Positions 21,401-33,000 of a stretch of 64,000 nt of DNA are shown piece after piece. Made by a program: the position numbers and the translations under genes. The notes below the pieces were generated by a model. That model had not been told where the DNA came from. It was given only the letters and a program-made list of their open reading frames with translations, and did no database searches. Location of the stretch: NCBI GenBank assembly GCA_918797485.1, contig CAKKNE010000003.1, positions 3,968,001 to 4,032,000 of the forward strand, read 5' to 3'. Source of the stretch: Pelagomonas calceolata. Its lineage: Eukaryota. Each line of letters opens with the position of its first letter. Positions within the stretch are counted from its first letter, which is position 1.

Positions 21401-24400
21401 AAGAGTGCCAGCAGGACGACAGCCCCCACGGCGCCAATGCCCGCGCCCATCGCCGCGTCTGGGCCGCCGCCGCCGCCGCCGCCGGAGCTCCCTTCGCTGG
21501 CGCTGGTGGCCGGGGCGTCGTCGGTGGCGGGGGCGTCGTCGTCCGGCTCGGGTGCCAAAGCCGTCGTAGGCGTCCCGACCGTAGTCGTTTCGACGTCTGC
21601 GAAGTCTTCATCAACACCAGCTTCGGTCGCGGCCGTTTTCACTGCTGTGCTTACGTCCTCCGTCGAGCTGTCTTCGATCAACGCGCTGACAGATGCAGCT
21701 TCCTCCGCGGTCTCAACCTCGATAGTGTAGGTCACCACGACGCCAGCGTCGTCGAGGCGACGGCGCCGCGCTTGGGAGATGTCCACGGTCACCATGACGC
21801 CAGCGTCGTCGAGGCGACGGCGCCGCGCTTGGGAGATCTCCACGGTCACAAGAGACTCGTCCACCTCGTACAATGAGGCGACCGCTGCCACAAACACGTT
21901 GGTGCTGGCCAGCGCTGTCTCGTACGTGATGCCGTCGAAGGTGAGGTCGCCGGTCACGATAAATTCCGGCGTGCCCACGGGCGACGGCGTCGGGGGCAGC
22001 GGTTCTTGCCAGGAGCCAACACACCATACTTCACCGCAGTCGTTCTCGCACTGATCTCTCCCGTTCCAACAGACCTGTTTCGTCGACACCGCCGTACAGA
22101 CGCCGCAGTCTCCGGTGGAGCAGCAGTAGCCCGGAGCTGCCGTCGGGCTGCTCGTCGGACCCGGAGTCGGCCGCGGCGTCGGAGCAAAGACGGGCGCCGC
22201 CGTCGGATTTCCGGGCGTCGCGGTTGGCGAGGGCGACGGCCTCGGCGTGGGCGCTGGCGACGGCGAATGAGAGGGCCGAGGCGTCGGCGCTGGGATAGGC
22301 GACGGCGTGGGCCTGGGCGACGGAGCCGGCAACGGCGCTGGCGTCGGCGGCCGCGTCGGCAGGGGACTCGGAATCGGTGTGGGCCGCGGCGTGGGCTGCG
22401 GCGTCGGGCGCGGCGTCGGGCTGAAGACCGGGCTCGCCGTCGGGCTTCCCGGCGTGGTGGTCGGCGACGGCGATGGGCGCGGAGTCGGGCGCGGCGTAGG
22501 CGTCTGGGTCGGCGACGGCGTGGGTCGCGGTGTTGGCGACGACGTGGGTCGCGGCGTGGGCCTTTGCGTCGGCGCTGGCGTCGGCTTCGGCGTCGGCTTC
22601 GGCGTAGGGCGCGCGCTCGGCGTGGGCGTCGGCCTGGGCGACGGGCGCGGCGTCGGGCTCGGTGTGGGCTGGCGAGTTGGTCGAGCAGTGGGCCTCGGCG
22701 TCGGGCTGAAGACCGGGCGCGCCGTCGGGTCGCCAGGAGTGATGGTCGGCGACGGCGATGGGCGCGGCGTCGGCTGTCGCGTCGGCCGCGGGCTGGGTCG
22801 AGGCGTCGGCGCGAAGGCTGGCGCAGCAGTGGGATCACCGGGCACCGGCGTCGGGTGCGGCGAGGGCCTCGGGGTCGGGCGCGGCGACGGCAACGGCGTC
22901 GGCATAGGTGTGGGCTGCGGTGTAGGCTTCGGCGAGGGTGCGGGCGTCGGTCGCCATGTCGGGCGCTTGCTGGGCTCGGGCGACGGCTTCGGCGTGGGTG
23001 CAGGCGTCGGCCGCGGCGTCGGCGTCGATGTCGGTTGGGGAGTCGGGCGCAAGCTGGGCGCGGGCGTCGGTCGCCGCGTTGGCCGCTTGCTGGGCGCGGG
23101 CGTCGGCCGCGGCGTAGGAATCGGAGTCGGCTTCGGCGTCGGAGACGCCGTGGGGCGCGGCGAAGGAGACTGCGATGGCCGTGGAGTTGGACTTGGAAAC
23201 GTGGGGCGAGGCGTCGGACCAGGCGTCGGTCTTGGCGTCGGCCTCGGGCAGTTGGCGAGGTTGCTGACTTGCACGACGCCACACGACGTCGACGAGCACG
23301 GGGTGCCGCTGAACGCCGAGTGCAGTTCCACGCCATAGTCCACGCACCAGCCGAGGTCCTGGTTAAAGGCCGAGGCATACTCGAACATCTCCTCCATATC
23401 GATAACAGCTCCAACGCTCCAGCCACCAATGTCCTGATTGAAGGAGGATGCGTCCTGGAACAACTCGTTCATCGACGTTACACTAGAGGTATCCCAAGCG
23501 CTAATGTCCTCGTTGAAAGACGAGGCTTCCTCAAACAACTCATCCATGTCCGTTACCCCGCCAGTCTCCCACGTGGAAATGTGGCCGTACGTCGTCTCGG
23601 CGGCCGTCGCGTCCGCCAACCACGCTGCAACGGCAATTTTGATTTTCCAATTGACCATGATGTTGCCCGTGCGCGAGATGTCGCAGTCAACTCCCGCGAT
23701 GCCGCACGACGTCGACGAGCACGGGGTGCCGCTGAACGCGTAGTCCAGGTCCACGTCATCGGCCACGCACCAGCCGAGGTCCTGGTTGAAGGCTGAGGCG
23801 CCTTGGAACATCTCTTCCATATCGAGAACAGCTCCAACGTTCCAGCCGCTAATGTCCTGGTCGAAGGCCGAGGCATAATAGAACATGTATTCCATGGTCG
23901 TAACGCCAGAGGTATCCCACGCGCCGATGTCCTCGTTAAATGCCGCAGCACCGTTGCATTGCCCTTCCTCATCTTCGTCTTCATTTTCACTACTCCCACA
24001 AAACAACCACGACATGTCCGTCACCCCCCCGGTCTCCCACGTCGAGATGTGCCCGTACGTCGCCTCGGCGGCAGTCGCGTCTGCGAGCCACGCTACGGCT
24101 GCCCATTTGATTTTCCAGTTGACCATGATGTTTCCTGTCTTCGCAATATCGCAATCGCCAGAGTTCTCTGCTTGCGCGACGCCGCACGACGTCGACTCGC
24201 ACTGGGTGCTGGAGAACGCGTCCTCCGTGTCCACGTCGTCGGCCACGCACCAGCCGAGGTCCTGGTCGAAGGCCGAGTTACCGGGATCACCGTCGAACAT
24301 CATTTCCATACTTGTGACACTGTCGACGCTCCACTTGCCGATTGGTTGGTTGAACGATGAAGCCATGACGAACATCATATACATGCTCGTTACGCTGGAG

Positions 24401-26037
24401 GTATCCCATGCGCTGATGTCTTCGTTGAAGGACAATGCGGCCGTGTTGCAATCACTCCATCCTGGTATCGCACAAAACAAATACGCCATGTCAGTCACCC
24501 CCGATGTGTCCCAAGTCGAAATGTGGCCGTACGTCGCCTCGGCGGCCGACGCGTCCGCAAACCACGCATCGCGAGCCGTGTATATGGTGCTGTCGGTCAT
24601 GACGTAGCCCGCCATTGCCGTGAAGGCATAGACCTTGCCGCCGGTGCCAGCTTGCATGGCCGCGACCACGATTGTGTTGCCGTCGATCGCCACGGAGCCG
24701 CCGAAGCTGTCGTATGCCGCGGCATCGGAGGCACTCAGCTTGGCCAGGCCGTTCGTGACACCGCCGTCGTACGTGGCACCGCCGTCGTCCGTGCGGAAGA
24801 CGTAGGCGGAGCCCCTGTAGCCGTTCTCGTAGTGGGCACCCACCACGATGGTGTTGCCGGCGATCGCTACGGAGCCGCCGAAGCGGTCGTTCGTCGCGGC
24901 GTCGTCGGCCGTCAGCTTGATCTCTGTGTGCGTGTCCCAGCCGTCGCTCGTGCGGAAGACGTAGGCCGATCCCGAGCTGGAGCCGCTGTCGTCGTCGCCG
25001 TAGGCTCCAATCGCAATGGTGGCGCCGGCGATCGCCACGGAGTAGCCGAAGTTGTCGCTTGCTGCGGCGTCGGAGGCCGTCAGCTTGGCCACCTGACCGT
25101 ACGTGGCGCCGCCGTCGCTTGTGTGGAAGACGTAGGCTGCGCCTCTACTGGAGCTCTTGGTGTAGGCACCGACCACGATTGTCTCACCGTCGATGGCGAC
25201 AGATACTCCGAAGTAGTCGCCCGTCGCGGCGTCGGAGGCCGTCAGCTTGATCTCTGTGTACGTGCCCCAGTCGTCGCTCGTACGGAAGACGTAAACCGCG
25301 CCTGGCTCGAACGAGGGGGTCCCAGCCTTAGCGGCCCCGATCGCGATGGTGGCGCCGGAGATCGCCACGGAGTAGCCGAATAAATCCATATAACTGGCGT
25401 CGGAGGCCCCCAGCTTAGCCACCTGGCCGTACGTGACGCCGCCGTTGGTCGTGCGGAAGACGTAGGCCTTGCCAATACCCGCGAGTAAGCAAGGTCCCGA
25501 GCCGCACGACGAGTCCTTTTCCTCCCTGGCCCCGACCACGACGGTGTCGCCGTCGACGGCTACGGAGTAGCCGAGTTTGGCGTAATCTTTGCTGCCTGTG
25601 TACATGGCCACCTGCGCATAGGTGGCGCCCTCGTCAGCCGTCCGAAAGATGTAGGCTATGCCAGCTTCGTTGTATATATTGGTATCTCTCGTCGGATTCC
25701 CGACCACGACGGTGTTGCCGTCAACGGCTACGGACCAGCCGAACCAGTCGCTCGCCTCGCCATCGGAGGCCGTCAGTTTCGCAAGCTGCGCGTAGTATTC
25801 GCTCAGCCGCCGCCTGTCAAGCGACGTCGGCGCCGGCAGCCGACGGACAACTTCGCTCGAAGCCGCGCCGGGCTGGACCAACTGAAGCGCGCTGGACGCG
25901 TTCGTCGGGCGCCGCGGTCCGCGGAGCCGCGTTCGGGAGCCCGGGGCGCTCGCACCAGCGTTCGATTCCAGCAGCCGGCAGGGGGCAGCCAACAGTGCCA
26001 GGGCAGCCCAGAAGCAGCGGCAGCGCCGCGGCGGCAT
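18436..26037 (-). CDS. Single-pass receptor kinase: signal peptide, FG-GAP repeats, BspA-like DUF285 repeats, Pro/Thr stalk, TM, MLKL-like helical domain, TKL kinase, SH3-like domain
   Basis: Intronless ORF; first ATG 26037 precedes a signal peptide; FGxSVAIDGxTIVVGA repeats, WDTSxVTxM/FNQDLGW repeats, [23 protein letters not shown]. Confidence 0.9.
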   Translation of the reverse strand: MPPRRCRCFWAALALLAAPCRLLESNAGASAPGSRTRLRGPRRPTNASSALQLVQPGAASSEVVRRLPAPTSLDRRRLSEYYAQLAKLTASDGEASDWFGWSVAVDGNTVVVGNPTRDTNIYNEAGIAYIFRTADEGATYAQVAMYTGSKDYAKLGYSVAVDGDTVVVGAREEKDSSCGSGPCLLAGIGKAYVFRTTNGGVTYGQVAKLGASDASYMDLFGYSVAISGATIAIGAAKAGTPSFEPGAVYVFRTSDDWGTYTEIKLTASDAATGDYFGVSVAIDGETIVVGAYTKSSSRGAAYVFHTSDGGATYGQVAKLTASDAAASDNFGYSVAIAGATIAIGAYGDDDSGSSSGSAYVFRTSDGWDTHTEIKLTADDAATNDRFGGSVAIAGNTIVVGAHYENGYRGSAYVFRTDDGGATYDGGVTNGLAKLSASDAAAYDSFGGSVAIDGNTIVVAAMQAGTGGKVYAFTAMAGYVMTDSTIYTARDAWFADASAAEATYGHISTWDTSGVTDMAYLFCAIPGWSDCNTAALSFNEDISAWDTSSVTSMYMMFVMASSFNQPIGKWSVDSVTSMEMMFDGDPGNSAFDQDLGWCVADDVDTEDAFSSTQCESTSCGVAQAENSGDCDIAKTGNIMVNWKIKWAAVAWLADATAAEATYGHISTWETGGVTDMSWLFCGSSENEDEDEEGQCNGAAAFNEDIGAWDTSGVTTMEYMFYYASAFDQDISGWNVGAVLDMEEMFQGASAFNQDLGWCVADDVDLDYAFSGTPCSSTSCGIAGVDCDISRTGNIMVNWKIKIAVAAWLADATAAETTYGHISTWETGGVTDMDELFEEASSFNEDISAWDTSSVTSMNELFQDASSFNQDIGGWSVGAVIDMEEMFEYASAFNQDLGWCVDYGVELHSAFSGTPCSSTSCGVVQVSNLANCPRPTPRPTPGPTPRPTFPSPTPRPSQSPSPRPTASPTPKPTPIPTPRPTPAPSKRPTRRPTPAPSLRPTPQPTSTPTPRPTPAPTPKPSPEPSKRPTWRPTPAPSPKPTPQPTPMPTPLPSPRPTPRPSPHPTPVPGDPTAAPAFAPTPRPSPRPTRQPTPRPSPSPTITPGDPTARPVFSPTPRPTARPTRQPTPSPTPRPSPRPTPTPSARPTPKPTPKPTPAPTQRPTPRPTSSPTPRPTPSPTQTPTPRPTPRPSPSPTTTPGSPTASPVFSPTPRPTPQPTPRPTPIPSPLPTRPPTPAPLPAPSPRPTPSPIPAPTPRPSHSPSPAPTPRPSPSPTATPGNPTAAPVFAPTPRPTPGPTSSPTAAPGYCCSTGDCGVCTAVSTKQVCWNGRDQCENDCGEVWCVGSWQEPLPPTPSPVGTPEFIVTGDLTFDGITYETALASTNVFVAAVASLYEVDESLVTVEISQARRRRLDDAGVMVTVDISQARRRRLDDAGVVVTYTIEVETAEEAASVSALIEDSSTEDVSTAVKTAATEAGVDEDFADVETTTVGTPTTALAPEPDDDAPATDDAPATSASEGSSGGGGGGGPDAAMGAGIGAVGAVVLLALFGGGVVWRRRRTKAALRQGDEAAALRGSEETGYDPKTREALLQRHKDTTAVVERGMTVTSALLGAASGLPLVRPLCDVAKGILGDVEEFSEKADDVLVAARRVIDVLDVVDLMSKNVSKCSDGKDIAQANMQRLIDLLKEFHAAVRAFGQKGWLKRAFTMQSHVKKLGRIDKRIVEQLGVFRLSYQLAIDAKMMERTYQIEQSITALVAKRVVEKGESEEKAAAALSEDAVAITSVAVDAHVPPTEIATELQEFRLEVRQGLAKLDQGMRAMLERKNSDRQHLRSIMKAVNAGVRRDENLLAAVEAGAERDKQILAALNRDGSFKEHVKNISDSLEKKLQHGAARRDKRKNLKDFEIKPEYVDPDPFARGGQAVVRLAEYAAETVCIKCINMVGVPAAERMKMYQSFATELSIMVRLRHPRIVQVLGIITTDATYLGLVMEYMPGGSLRQALVKEDEEITPEYKRFWASDVAQGMAYLYSCKIEHRDLKAANVLLTLDGRGKISDFGLGKADDLKTSTTASTMRDGGLAGTPAFMAPELLDENVFTEKSDVYSYAMVLWEIYDRRLPWAGLKPQQILSKVLIKRARPDIPKTMPSDMISLMKSAWADEPDARPSFSDICKQLKATTPKRPSSTSEIRPWSSPRAAEQRQGSMRSMFARALSNFRSTSSLDVGGDKDDDDDDGAAAQEASTAPTAAAPAKSSASAKGRAPVAKRTATAETSTKAAPRPAATKKAPTKAAPRPAPAKTSKTGSNWFRGPTKKAAPAAETDLEAPTSAAPAQPPPRTDLEAQTSAAPAQPAPAKDLEAQPSAAPAPAPSPAPSRSSWFPSRAGKTDIEAGRAQTAGGPAAPVFVVSGKSGARLRAGVELDSPLVADLPSGTIVTVRERATTRDGAERCCVISGDTIGWLSAKLLVALSAGDMEADDGPAATAAGTHSHATTNKLRAAIRASTAFGATADAPPPPPPESSGGPPEDLPPPPAPSSPWFDSNF
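21739..21849 (-). repeat. Tandem duplication of a ~57-bp coding unit ([18 protein letters not shown] twice)
   Basis: acgccagcgtcgtcgaggcgacggcgccgcgcttgggagat occurs twice consecutively. Confidence 0.85.
22140..23250 (-). repeat. Mucin/extensin-like PTPRPT/PSP coding repeats
   Basis: About 370 aa of P-T/S-P-R repeats within the receptor ORF. Confidence 0.9.
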
Positions 26038-26299
26038 CGTTCGTGCGCCACTGCCTGGCTGGGGTTGTCTCGGGTGTCGGGCTTTGTTCACGTTCACTGT
26101 AGCGTTAGTCCCTATAGTCCTTAGCCTAAGGACCGCCACCACTGTAGCGCTCTCTCGCAGCGCTTCGGGCCGGGCCTGGGCATGCGCACGCCCCGCACGA
26201 CGCGCGCGCGCGACGTGTGCGAAAGACCACGAGCCATAGGACGCGAGGACCAGCCGTCGCCGCGACGACGTCCATAAAGAACCTAGTAGTATAGGCGGC

Positions 26300-27765
26300 C
26301 TAGCCGAGCGCCGCGAGCAGCCGCGCCTTGAGGACCTTCTTCAGGCCCTCCGTCGACAGGCCCCGCGCCTCGAGCGCGAGCTTAAGGTCGTAGACCTTCA
26401 TCTTCTCGACCTCGGCCGCCGTCAGCGCGTCGGCCGCCGGCCGCGCCGCGTCGGGCTCGACGTCCATCGCCGCCGCCGGCGCGGGCGCGGGCTCGGGCTC
26501 CGGCGCGGCGGGCGCCGCGCCGTCATCGCCGTCATCGCCGCCGGCGAGCGCGCCGAGGAGCCGCTCCTTCAGGACCTTCTTGAGCCCGTCCGTGGGCAGG
26601 CCCCGCGCCTCGAGCGCCGCGCGGAGCTCCGTGACCTGGGTGGTTTACGAAAGATCTCCGCGCCTTCTTTCGAAAGCGTTTTCGAGCGCGTCCAGTTTGA
26701 AGGGGCGCGGTCGAGCGACGACAAGGGGCGCCGGACGCGCGCCTTCATCTTCCCGACGTCCTCGGCCGACGGCCCGTCGACCTCCATCGCGGCCGGCGCC
26801 GGCGCGGGCGCGCCGGCCTCGTCGCCGAGCTCCGAGAAGCCGCCCGTCGAGGCCCGCGGCGCGGGCGGCGCGGGCGCGGCCGCGGGCGGCGCGGGCGGCG
26901 GCGGCGGCGGCGCGGCCGGCGCGGCCGGCGGCGGCGGCGGCGGTGCCGCCGCGCGCGGTGGTGGTGGTGGCGGCATCGACGGGGGCGGCGGCGGCGGCAC
27001 CGAGGGCACCGACGGCGGCGCGCCGGGCGGCGGCCCCGGCGGCGGCCCCGGCGGCGCCAGGCCCGGGATGACGCCGGCCCTGAGCTGCCGCTCGAGCGCG
27101 TCGACTTCCGCTGGAGTGGTGGCATTGGCCACCGCGCGCCGGATCGCCGCTTTTTGTTCGGCCGTGAGGTTCGCGAGGGCCGCGGGCGGTGCGCCGGACC
27201 GCGGCGGCGGCGGCGGCGGGTGTGCCGCGTCCGCCGTCGCCGAGACTAATGTTAAGTCCGCATTTGAAGGACCGTCTTCCGGGAACAGTTCTGAGGCCTT
27301 CTCCCGTTCTGCCGCTTTGATCTTCTTGAAGTCCAGGGTTTTCAGGGAGGGCACCGTCGCGATGAGGAACGAGCGGTAGTGCTCGAGGCGTTTTATCGGG
27401 TTGCCCACGCAAGCCAAATGCTGGAGCTTCGCGCACGACCTCAACCCCGCCAGCTGCGTGAGACTTTCGAGGCGGTTGTGGCACAACATGAGCGTTTCTA
27501 GCGAAGGTAATTGGTCGCCCAAGTTATCGTCAATTGTCGCGACGCGATTATTATGCAGTAACAGAGTAGTCAGCCGTCGGGCCGGCGCGAAGTTGCCCAC
27601 CCTCGTGATTTCGTTGTCGCTCAAATCTATAACATCGAACTGGTCCTTCAGCGTGCCGGTGTTCTCGATCGCGGCAATTTTGTAGCCCCTTAGGATCACT
27701 TCCCGCTCCCCGAGGGGGTTCATCCTTTGCGCCGCGTGGACGGCGAGGTCGGCGGTGAAGCGCAT
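26300..27765 (-). CDS. SNRPA1: U2 snRNP A' (LRR) with Pro-rich linker and two C-terminal SAP domains; exons 27765-26743, 26635-26300
   Basis: [47 protein letters not shown] intron 26636-26742 yields [28 protein letters not shown] and a second SAP-like repeat. Confidence 0.88.
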
Positions 27766-27973
27766 GGTCCTAGGGTGGCGGCGGCGGCGTGCGCGGCTGC
27801 GTCGCGGGCGGCCGCGCGGCGGCGGGCGCGGGCCTCAGCGAGGCGGCCTCGGATGCCAGCGGGGCGTGCGGCGGCGGCGGCTCCGACTGCGCGTGGCGGG
27901 AGCTCCCAGCAGGCACACAAAACACTACAGCTCGTCCTCTGCGGGACGCGTGTGGCGCGGGCGAGTCGCTGCG

Positions 27974-28033
27974 GCTAGCTAGCGCTTGTGTAAGACACTA
28001 GCATTGCTAGTGCCTTACAGGCCGCTAGCTAGC
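27974..28033. promoter_or_regulatory. Two inverted copies of the CTAG-bounded motif in a divergent promoter
   Basis: gctagctagcgcttgtgtaagacactagca-ttgctagtgccttacaggccgctagctagc, about midway between the U2A' and DCTPP1 starts. Confidence 0.65.
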
Positions 28034-28195
28034 GTCGTGTTGCGCAGCGCAATCAGCGCAAACTTGCACCGCTGGGCACCAGCGCTCGCGCACAGTTTTG
28101 AATAGTACTCACGCAGCCGTCGCTTCCAACCACGAGAGCTATAACTGCAAAACTGCACTCACTGCAGCACAAGCAGCACCCAAGCACTCGAACGC

Positions 28196-28735
28196 ATGGC
28201 CGCCGCAGCACTCCGCACCGCCGCACGGCACCTCGCCGCGCCGGCAGCCTTACTAGCCGCGTCGCAGTCGCGCTGCAACGAGCACGACGAGCGACTGGCC
28301 AACTTGAAAGCGGAGGTGATGCTGCTGCGCGGCGAGAACGCGCGGCTGCGGCGAGCGCTCGACGGCGACAGCCTCGACGTCGAGGCGCTGCGGCTGCGCA
28401 TCGCGGACTTCGCGCGGGAGCGCGACTGGGACCAGTTCCACACGCCGCGGAACATTTTGTTGGCGCTTGTGGGTGAGGTAGGAGAGCTCGCCGAATGCTT
28501 CCAGTGGAAATCAGAAGTTGCGCGGGGCCTGCCCGCCTTCTCCGAGCCCGAGCGGACGCACGTGGGCGAAGAGCTCGCGGACGTCCTCATCTACACCGTG
28601 CGCCTCGCCGACGTCTGCGGTATAGCGCTCGACGAGTGCGTGCCGCGGAAGATCGCCATGAACGCGCGCAAATATCCCGCCGACAAGGCGCGCGGCCGCA
28701 GCGACAAGTACACGGCGTATAGTTCTAAGTCTTAG
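28196..28735 (+). CDS. DCTPP1: dCTP pyrophosphatase 1 (MazG-like all-alpha NTP pyrophosphatase)
   Basis: FARERDWDQFHTPRNILLALVGEVGELAECFQW, EELADVLIY, KYPADKARG. Confidence 0.92.
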   Translation: MAAAALRTAARHLAAPAALLAASQSRCNEHDERLANLKAEVMLLRGENARLRRALDGDSLDVEALRLRIADFARERDWDQFHTPRNILLALVGEVGELAECFQWKSEVARGLPAFSEPERTHVGEELADVLIYTVRLADVCGIALDECVPRKIAMNARKYPADKARGRSDKYTAYSSKS

Positions 28736-29556
28736 ACCTTGAGTTTCGCGGCGGCGGCGGCGATGGCCTCGTCGTCAACGTCGTCCGCGCCCTCGTCGTC
28801 GAAGACCGACTTCTTCCCGACGCGCTGGGCCTTCTCGCCGTACGGGTCGTGGCCCTGGAAACAGTCGGGCAGCGCGACGGGGTCGCACCGCCCTTCCAGC
28901 CAGTCGTCCAGGCTCCTCCAATGTAAGGCCGTGATCTCGTACCAGGGGCTCACGTACTTGAACGAGTCCTGGACCGAGACGCAGCCCCAGTGGTCCCTCG
29001 ACGCGAGCGTCGACTCCGGGCCCGAGCCCAGCTCCGCGCCCAGAAACATCTCGACGTGGACGATGTTCCCTTTTTGTTGTTTCTTCCGGCCCTTGAAGTA
29101 CGTCCCTTCGACGAAGAGGAGGTCCCCCGGCCGCACCTCACTCAATTCAAGCTTCCGCGGCAGCGTCGCGAAGAGGTAGGCCTGGTTCCAGGGCCCGATA
29201 TCGAACCCGAAGTCCGGCCGCAATTGCCGCAGCGCCTTCCGGAAGAGAGCACAACAATCCAAATACTCCTTGAGGCCGTACAGCGCGTCGCCCGGCTTGT
29301 GGTAGCGCTCGGCGTAGGGGACGCCTACGCTCTCCAGGCATTTCGCGATGAACTTGGACCGTAATCTTGCCTTGTCGCCGGCCGGGTCCGCCGCGCGCCG
29401 TTCTGCCGCCCGGCGCCGCAATTCCTTCGTCGGCACCTGGCGCTGCTGCTGGCGTTTGCGGTTGCGGAACTGCTTGAACGCGTCTTGGAGCGAGGGGCCG
29501 TCGTTGAGCAGCGCCTCGTCCTGGCCATTGGCAGTCATCTCGGCCAGGGGGGCCAT
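28732..29556 (-). CDS. NlpC/P60-like papain-fold protein
   Basis: GVPY..LDCCAL..PGDLLF..HVEMFLG Cys/His arrangement; start at ATG 29556 assumed. Confidence 0.7.
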   Translation of the reverse strand: MAPLAEMTANGQDEALLNDGPSLQDAFKQFRNRKRQQQRQVPTKELRRRAAERRAADPAGDKARLRSKFIAKCLESVGVPYAERYHKPGDALYGLKEYLDCCALFRKALRQLRPDFGFDIGPWNQAYLFATLPRKLELSEVRPGDLLFVEGTYFKGRKKQQKGNIVHVEMFLGAELGSGPESTLASRDHWGCVSVQDSFKYVSPWYEITALHWRSLDDWLEGRCDPVALPDCFQGHDPYGEKAQRVGKKSVFDDEGADDVDDEAIAAAAAKLKV

Positions 29557-30054
29557 GGGCGGTGGTCTCAGCACCTAATAAGGTAGGTCTTACAAGTCCC
29601 GCCCCTGTCTTGACAGCACCCTCTGGGCAGCCTACCAGCGTCGTGTCGTGTCGCGGCCGTGGCGTCGGGCAGCGCACGGACTCTCGATTCGACGGTGTCG
29701 CTGCCGTGCGATGGGCGCAGTACGACACAGGCACCGACTGCCGCCCGCGCCCGGCGCCGGGCAAATACCCAACGACTCCGCTAGCCGAGCCGCCGCGATC
29801 GCAGCGATCCATGGGCCCTCCCGCTGGCCGCAGCGACTCGGTCGACGCCTCCAAGCGCAACCCGCACCAAGCTAGCGGCGGTAAGGCACTAGCAAGCTGG
29901 GCAAGCGGGACAAAAGCGCGGCCAACAATGGGTCGCTGACCGATTTCGACTGATCATATAGCGCAAAATATTGGCACGAACGCGCCGGACAAGCTGCTCC
30001 AGTCGCCGTTGCAGGCACGGCTGCAAAAGCCAGCCCTAGGCCACCGGCAGTCCC

Positions 30055-33000
30055 ATGGGCCTCACCTGCGCCAAGGCCGACGTGAAGACGCAAGCACCCC
30101 TTGAGGAGACCGAGGACGCCCAGGATCGTAGTGATGAGCTCCTCGAGCGGTGGCGGTCCGGCGAGCTCGCGCACCTGCAGCGCGTGTACCGGCGCCACGC
30201 GCGGCCGCCACAAACCCTGGACAGGGATGGACTGGTAGCAGCTTTAGAGTTGGAGGACCACGCCCACACGGATACTCTGTATGAGTTGTTCGGGACCGGT
30301 TCCTGTCGCGACTTCTGTCGAACGCTGAGCTGGTGGTGTAGGGGCGACGCCTCAGAAAGGAGGAGCTTCTTGTTTTGCTGGTTCGCCATCTCATCCACAG
30401 CCGACAAGGACGCGTTGGTCGGAGGCGACGCGTCATCCGCAGAGCTCCCGAAGAACATGTTGGGTGCCCTCTGTGCTTTGCTCGAAACGCCGCCGCCCTA
30501 CCACCTCTGCGCCAAAGGTACAGTAAGTTGGCGCAAGTTCGACGGTTGGGCGCGGACGTTGTCTGACGAGCAGGTCTGGGCCGCGCTACCTTTATCCATA
30601 GTGTCCCAACCGGAGACGGAGCGGGCGCTGGTCCTCGAGCATTGGCACGAGGGTAGTCCAGGAGATGTCTACCACGTGATTCCCAGGAGGTGGTGGGACT
30701 CCTGGTGTGCTTATGTGGGCTGGTCGAATTTAACACCACCCGCACCCGGCGCACGTTTGACCGTGAAGCCCGCCGGCGCATCGTCTGGTGTAAGGCCGCG
30801 CGACGTCGACGCGTCTTCATTAGAATCCGATCGAGACGGCGCACTCAGAGCCAAGATAGATATAGCTTGCGTTCCCGTTGATGTGTGGCGGCTCTTCGAG
30901 CAGTGGTACGGCGGCGGGCCGCTCTTCCCGCGACGGTTGCAAGAGGACGGGGCGTTGGATCTGTACCCCGTCTCCGTTTTTATCGACGAGTGCGATGCGA
31001 ACGGCCGGCCGCGGAACGCCTTTACGGCTAGACGAGCGGATCGGAAGGAGACGGTACAAACTTTTGCGAGGCGCCTCTCTGATGGTAATTCGCGCCTCTA
31101 CGCGACGTCGCCGACGGGCTGGCGCCGCTTGACACCTTCATCGAGATGTGACGAGGTGCTCGAGGCTGGTAGCACGTATCTGCTCGAGACGAAGATTGAG
31201 GGAGTCTGGCCCCGCGCGTCGTCACGATACGTTGTGGGTGACAGAGTATCAGCAAGGGACCACACGGAGCGGTGGCGCAGCGGTAAAGTCATAGCGGTGT
31301 CCGAGACGCGGGGCGTCAAAGTGCGTTTCGACAGTTTTAGTAGCAAGTGGGACGAGTGGCTCACAAGCGATCGGTTGCGACGAGAGGATGTGGATATTGA
31401 CGACGTGTCGTTATCGGAGGACGAAGAAGAGAGGCCCTCTTTACTTAAGGGTGCCGTGTCTTCGCTCAGACGAGTGCTCGGCTCCAATGAGGAGGAAGAG
31501 GAGGAAACGAGACGGCTGCCGGCCACCGGTCTCGCGAACCTGGGAAATACGTGTTTCCTGAACGCGGCGGTGCAGTGCCTGTCGCACGCTCCTATCTTGC
31601 GGGCGTATTGTCTTTCTGAGATGTATGCACAAGACATCAATCGGACGTCGCGACTGGGCTCGCAGGGCCGCGTCGTCGAGGCGTTCGCCGACTTACTGAG
31701 GCAGCTCCACGCTTCACAAATTTGCGTCCGCCCCGAAGGCTTCAAGAAGGTGCTCGGAAAATGTAAGCCCCAATTTGCGGGCTCGGAGCAGCAGGACTCC
31801 CAGGAATTTCTCACCGTGCGGGCGCGGCGTCCGTCTTCGTGATCACATGAGAGTCTACGCGCCTCGCGGTCGCGTCGATGGCGTCGATGCGGACGCGATG
31901 CCTCGACGCCGTCGACGCCGTCTTCATGATCATCAGAGAGTCGATGTGTCTCGTGGATGTCCAGAGGCAGCGTCGCGATTGTATATGTTCCACGCAGGAG
32001 CTGTTAGATGTCTTACATGAGGACGTCAACCTCATCCAGGAGAAGCCCTACGTGCCGGAGCCCGAGGATGCGGACGAGGCCCGCGACGGCTTGGTGGTCG
32101 CGGCGCGCGACGCGTTACGTCGCAGTCGCTTGCGAGACAAGTCGTTAATCAGCGACCTCTTCCAGGGCCAGCTCGTCGCCAAGAAGACGTGCAAGGTCTG
32201 CGCGCGGTCGTCCGTCAAATTCGAACCGTTTACGTCTTTGTCCTTGCCGGTACTGACTCGGCGTCTGTTTCTGTGGTTTTCTGAACTTCAAGTTCGCGTC
32301 GATGGCGTCGGCGCGACGTCACGCCGCCGCGGCGCCGTCGACGGGGCCGTGCGAGCGTCTCGTGAAGAGCCACGGCAGTTTCGTGAGTGTCGTTCGACGC
32401 AGGTCCCGGCGCCCGCTTCTCGCTCCTTCGTCGTCGCTGTCCTGCGCCTCGCGAAGCACGCCAACGGCCACCCCTCGCTTACCGTCAGGGTCGAGGCGCC
32501 TCGGTTAGGGGATGTGCGGGACCTGAAGAGTGCGATCGCGGCCGAAGTCAAGCTCACTCCGGACAGTTTGACGCTGTGCGACGTGGCCAGACACCGGATC
32601 TACCGCGTCCTGGACGAGGACACGCTACCCTTGGGAGCGTTGGGCGACTTTCCGCAAGTGACGGACGCGTCGAAACGCCTACTGATTGCGTACGAGCGGC
32701 CTCAGCTCGAACTCGCGAAAACACCAAGCATAGACTTTCCCTCGTCGTTTGAAGAACTAGCCGTCGGGCAGCGCCTCGACGCTTTAGATCATAAGCGCCA
32801 GTGGTACGTCGGGACCGTGGTTGATGATACCGAGCCGTGCCGAGACAAGAATTTCGGGAAACCAGGCTACATACGTATTAGATTTGACCGCTTCTCGGCG
32901 AAGTGGGACGAGTGCTTCTGTCGTGATGACTGGCCGGCCAAACTCCAGCCGCCGTACAGCAAGTCCAAGGGCAACCGGCTGGCGGCCTTCGAGATAGGTG

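Noticed and set aside
21954..23796. Long Arg-rich and Gly/Val-rich ORFs overlapping the receptor stalk
   Set aside because: Alternative-frame and antisense shadows of the Pro/Thr repeats
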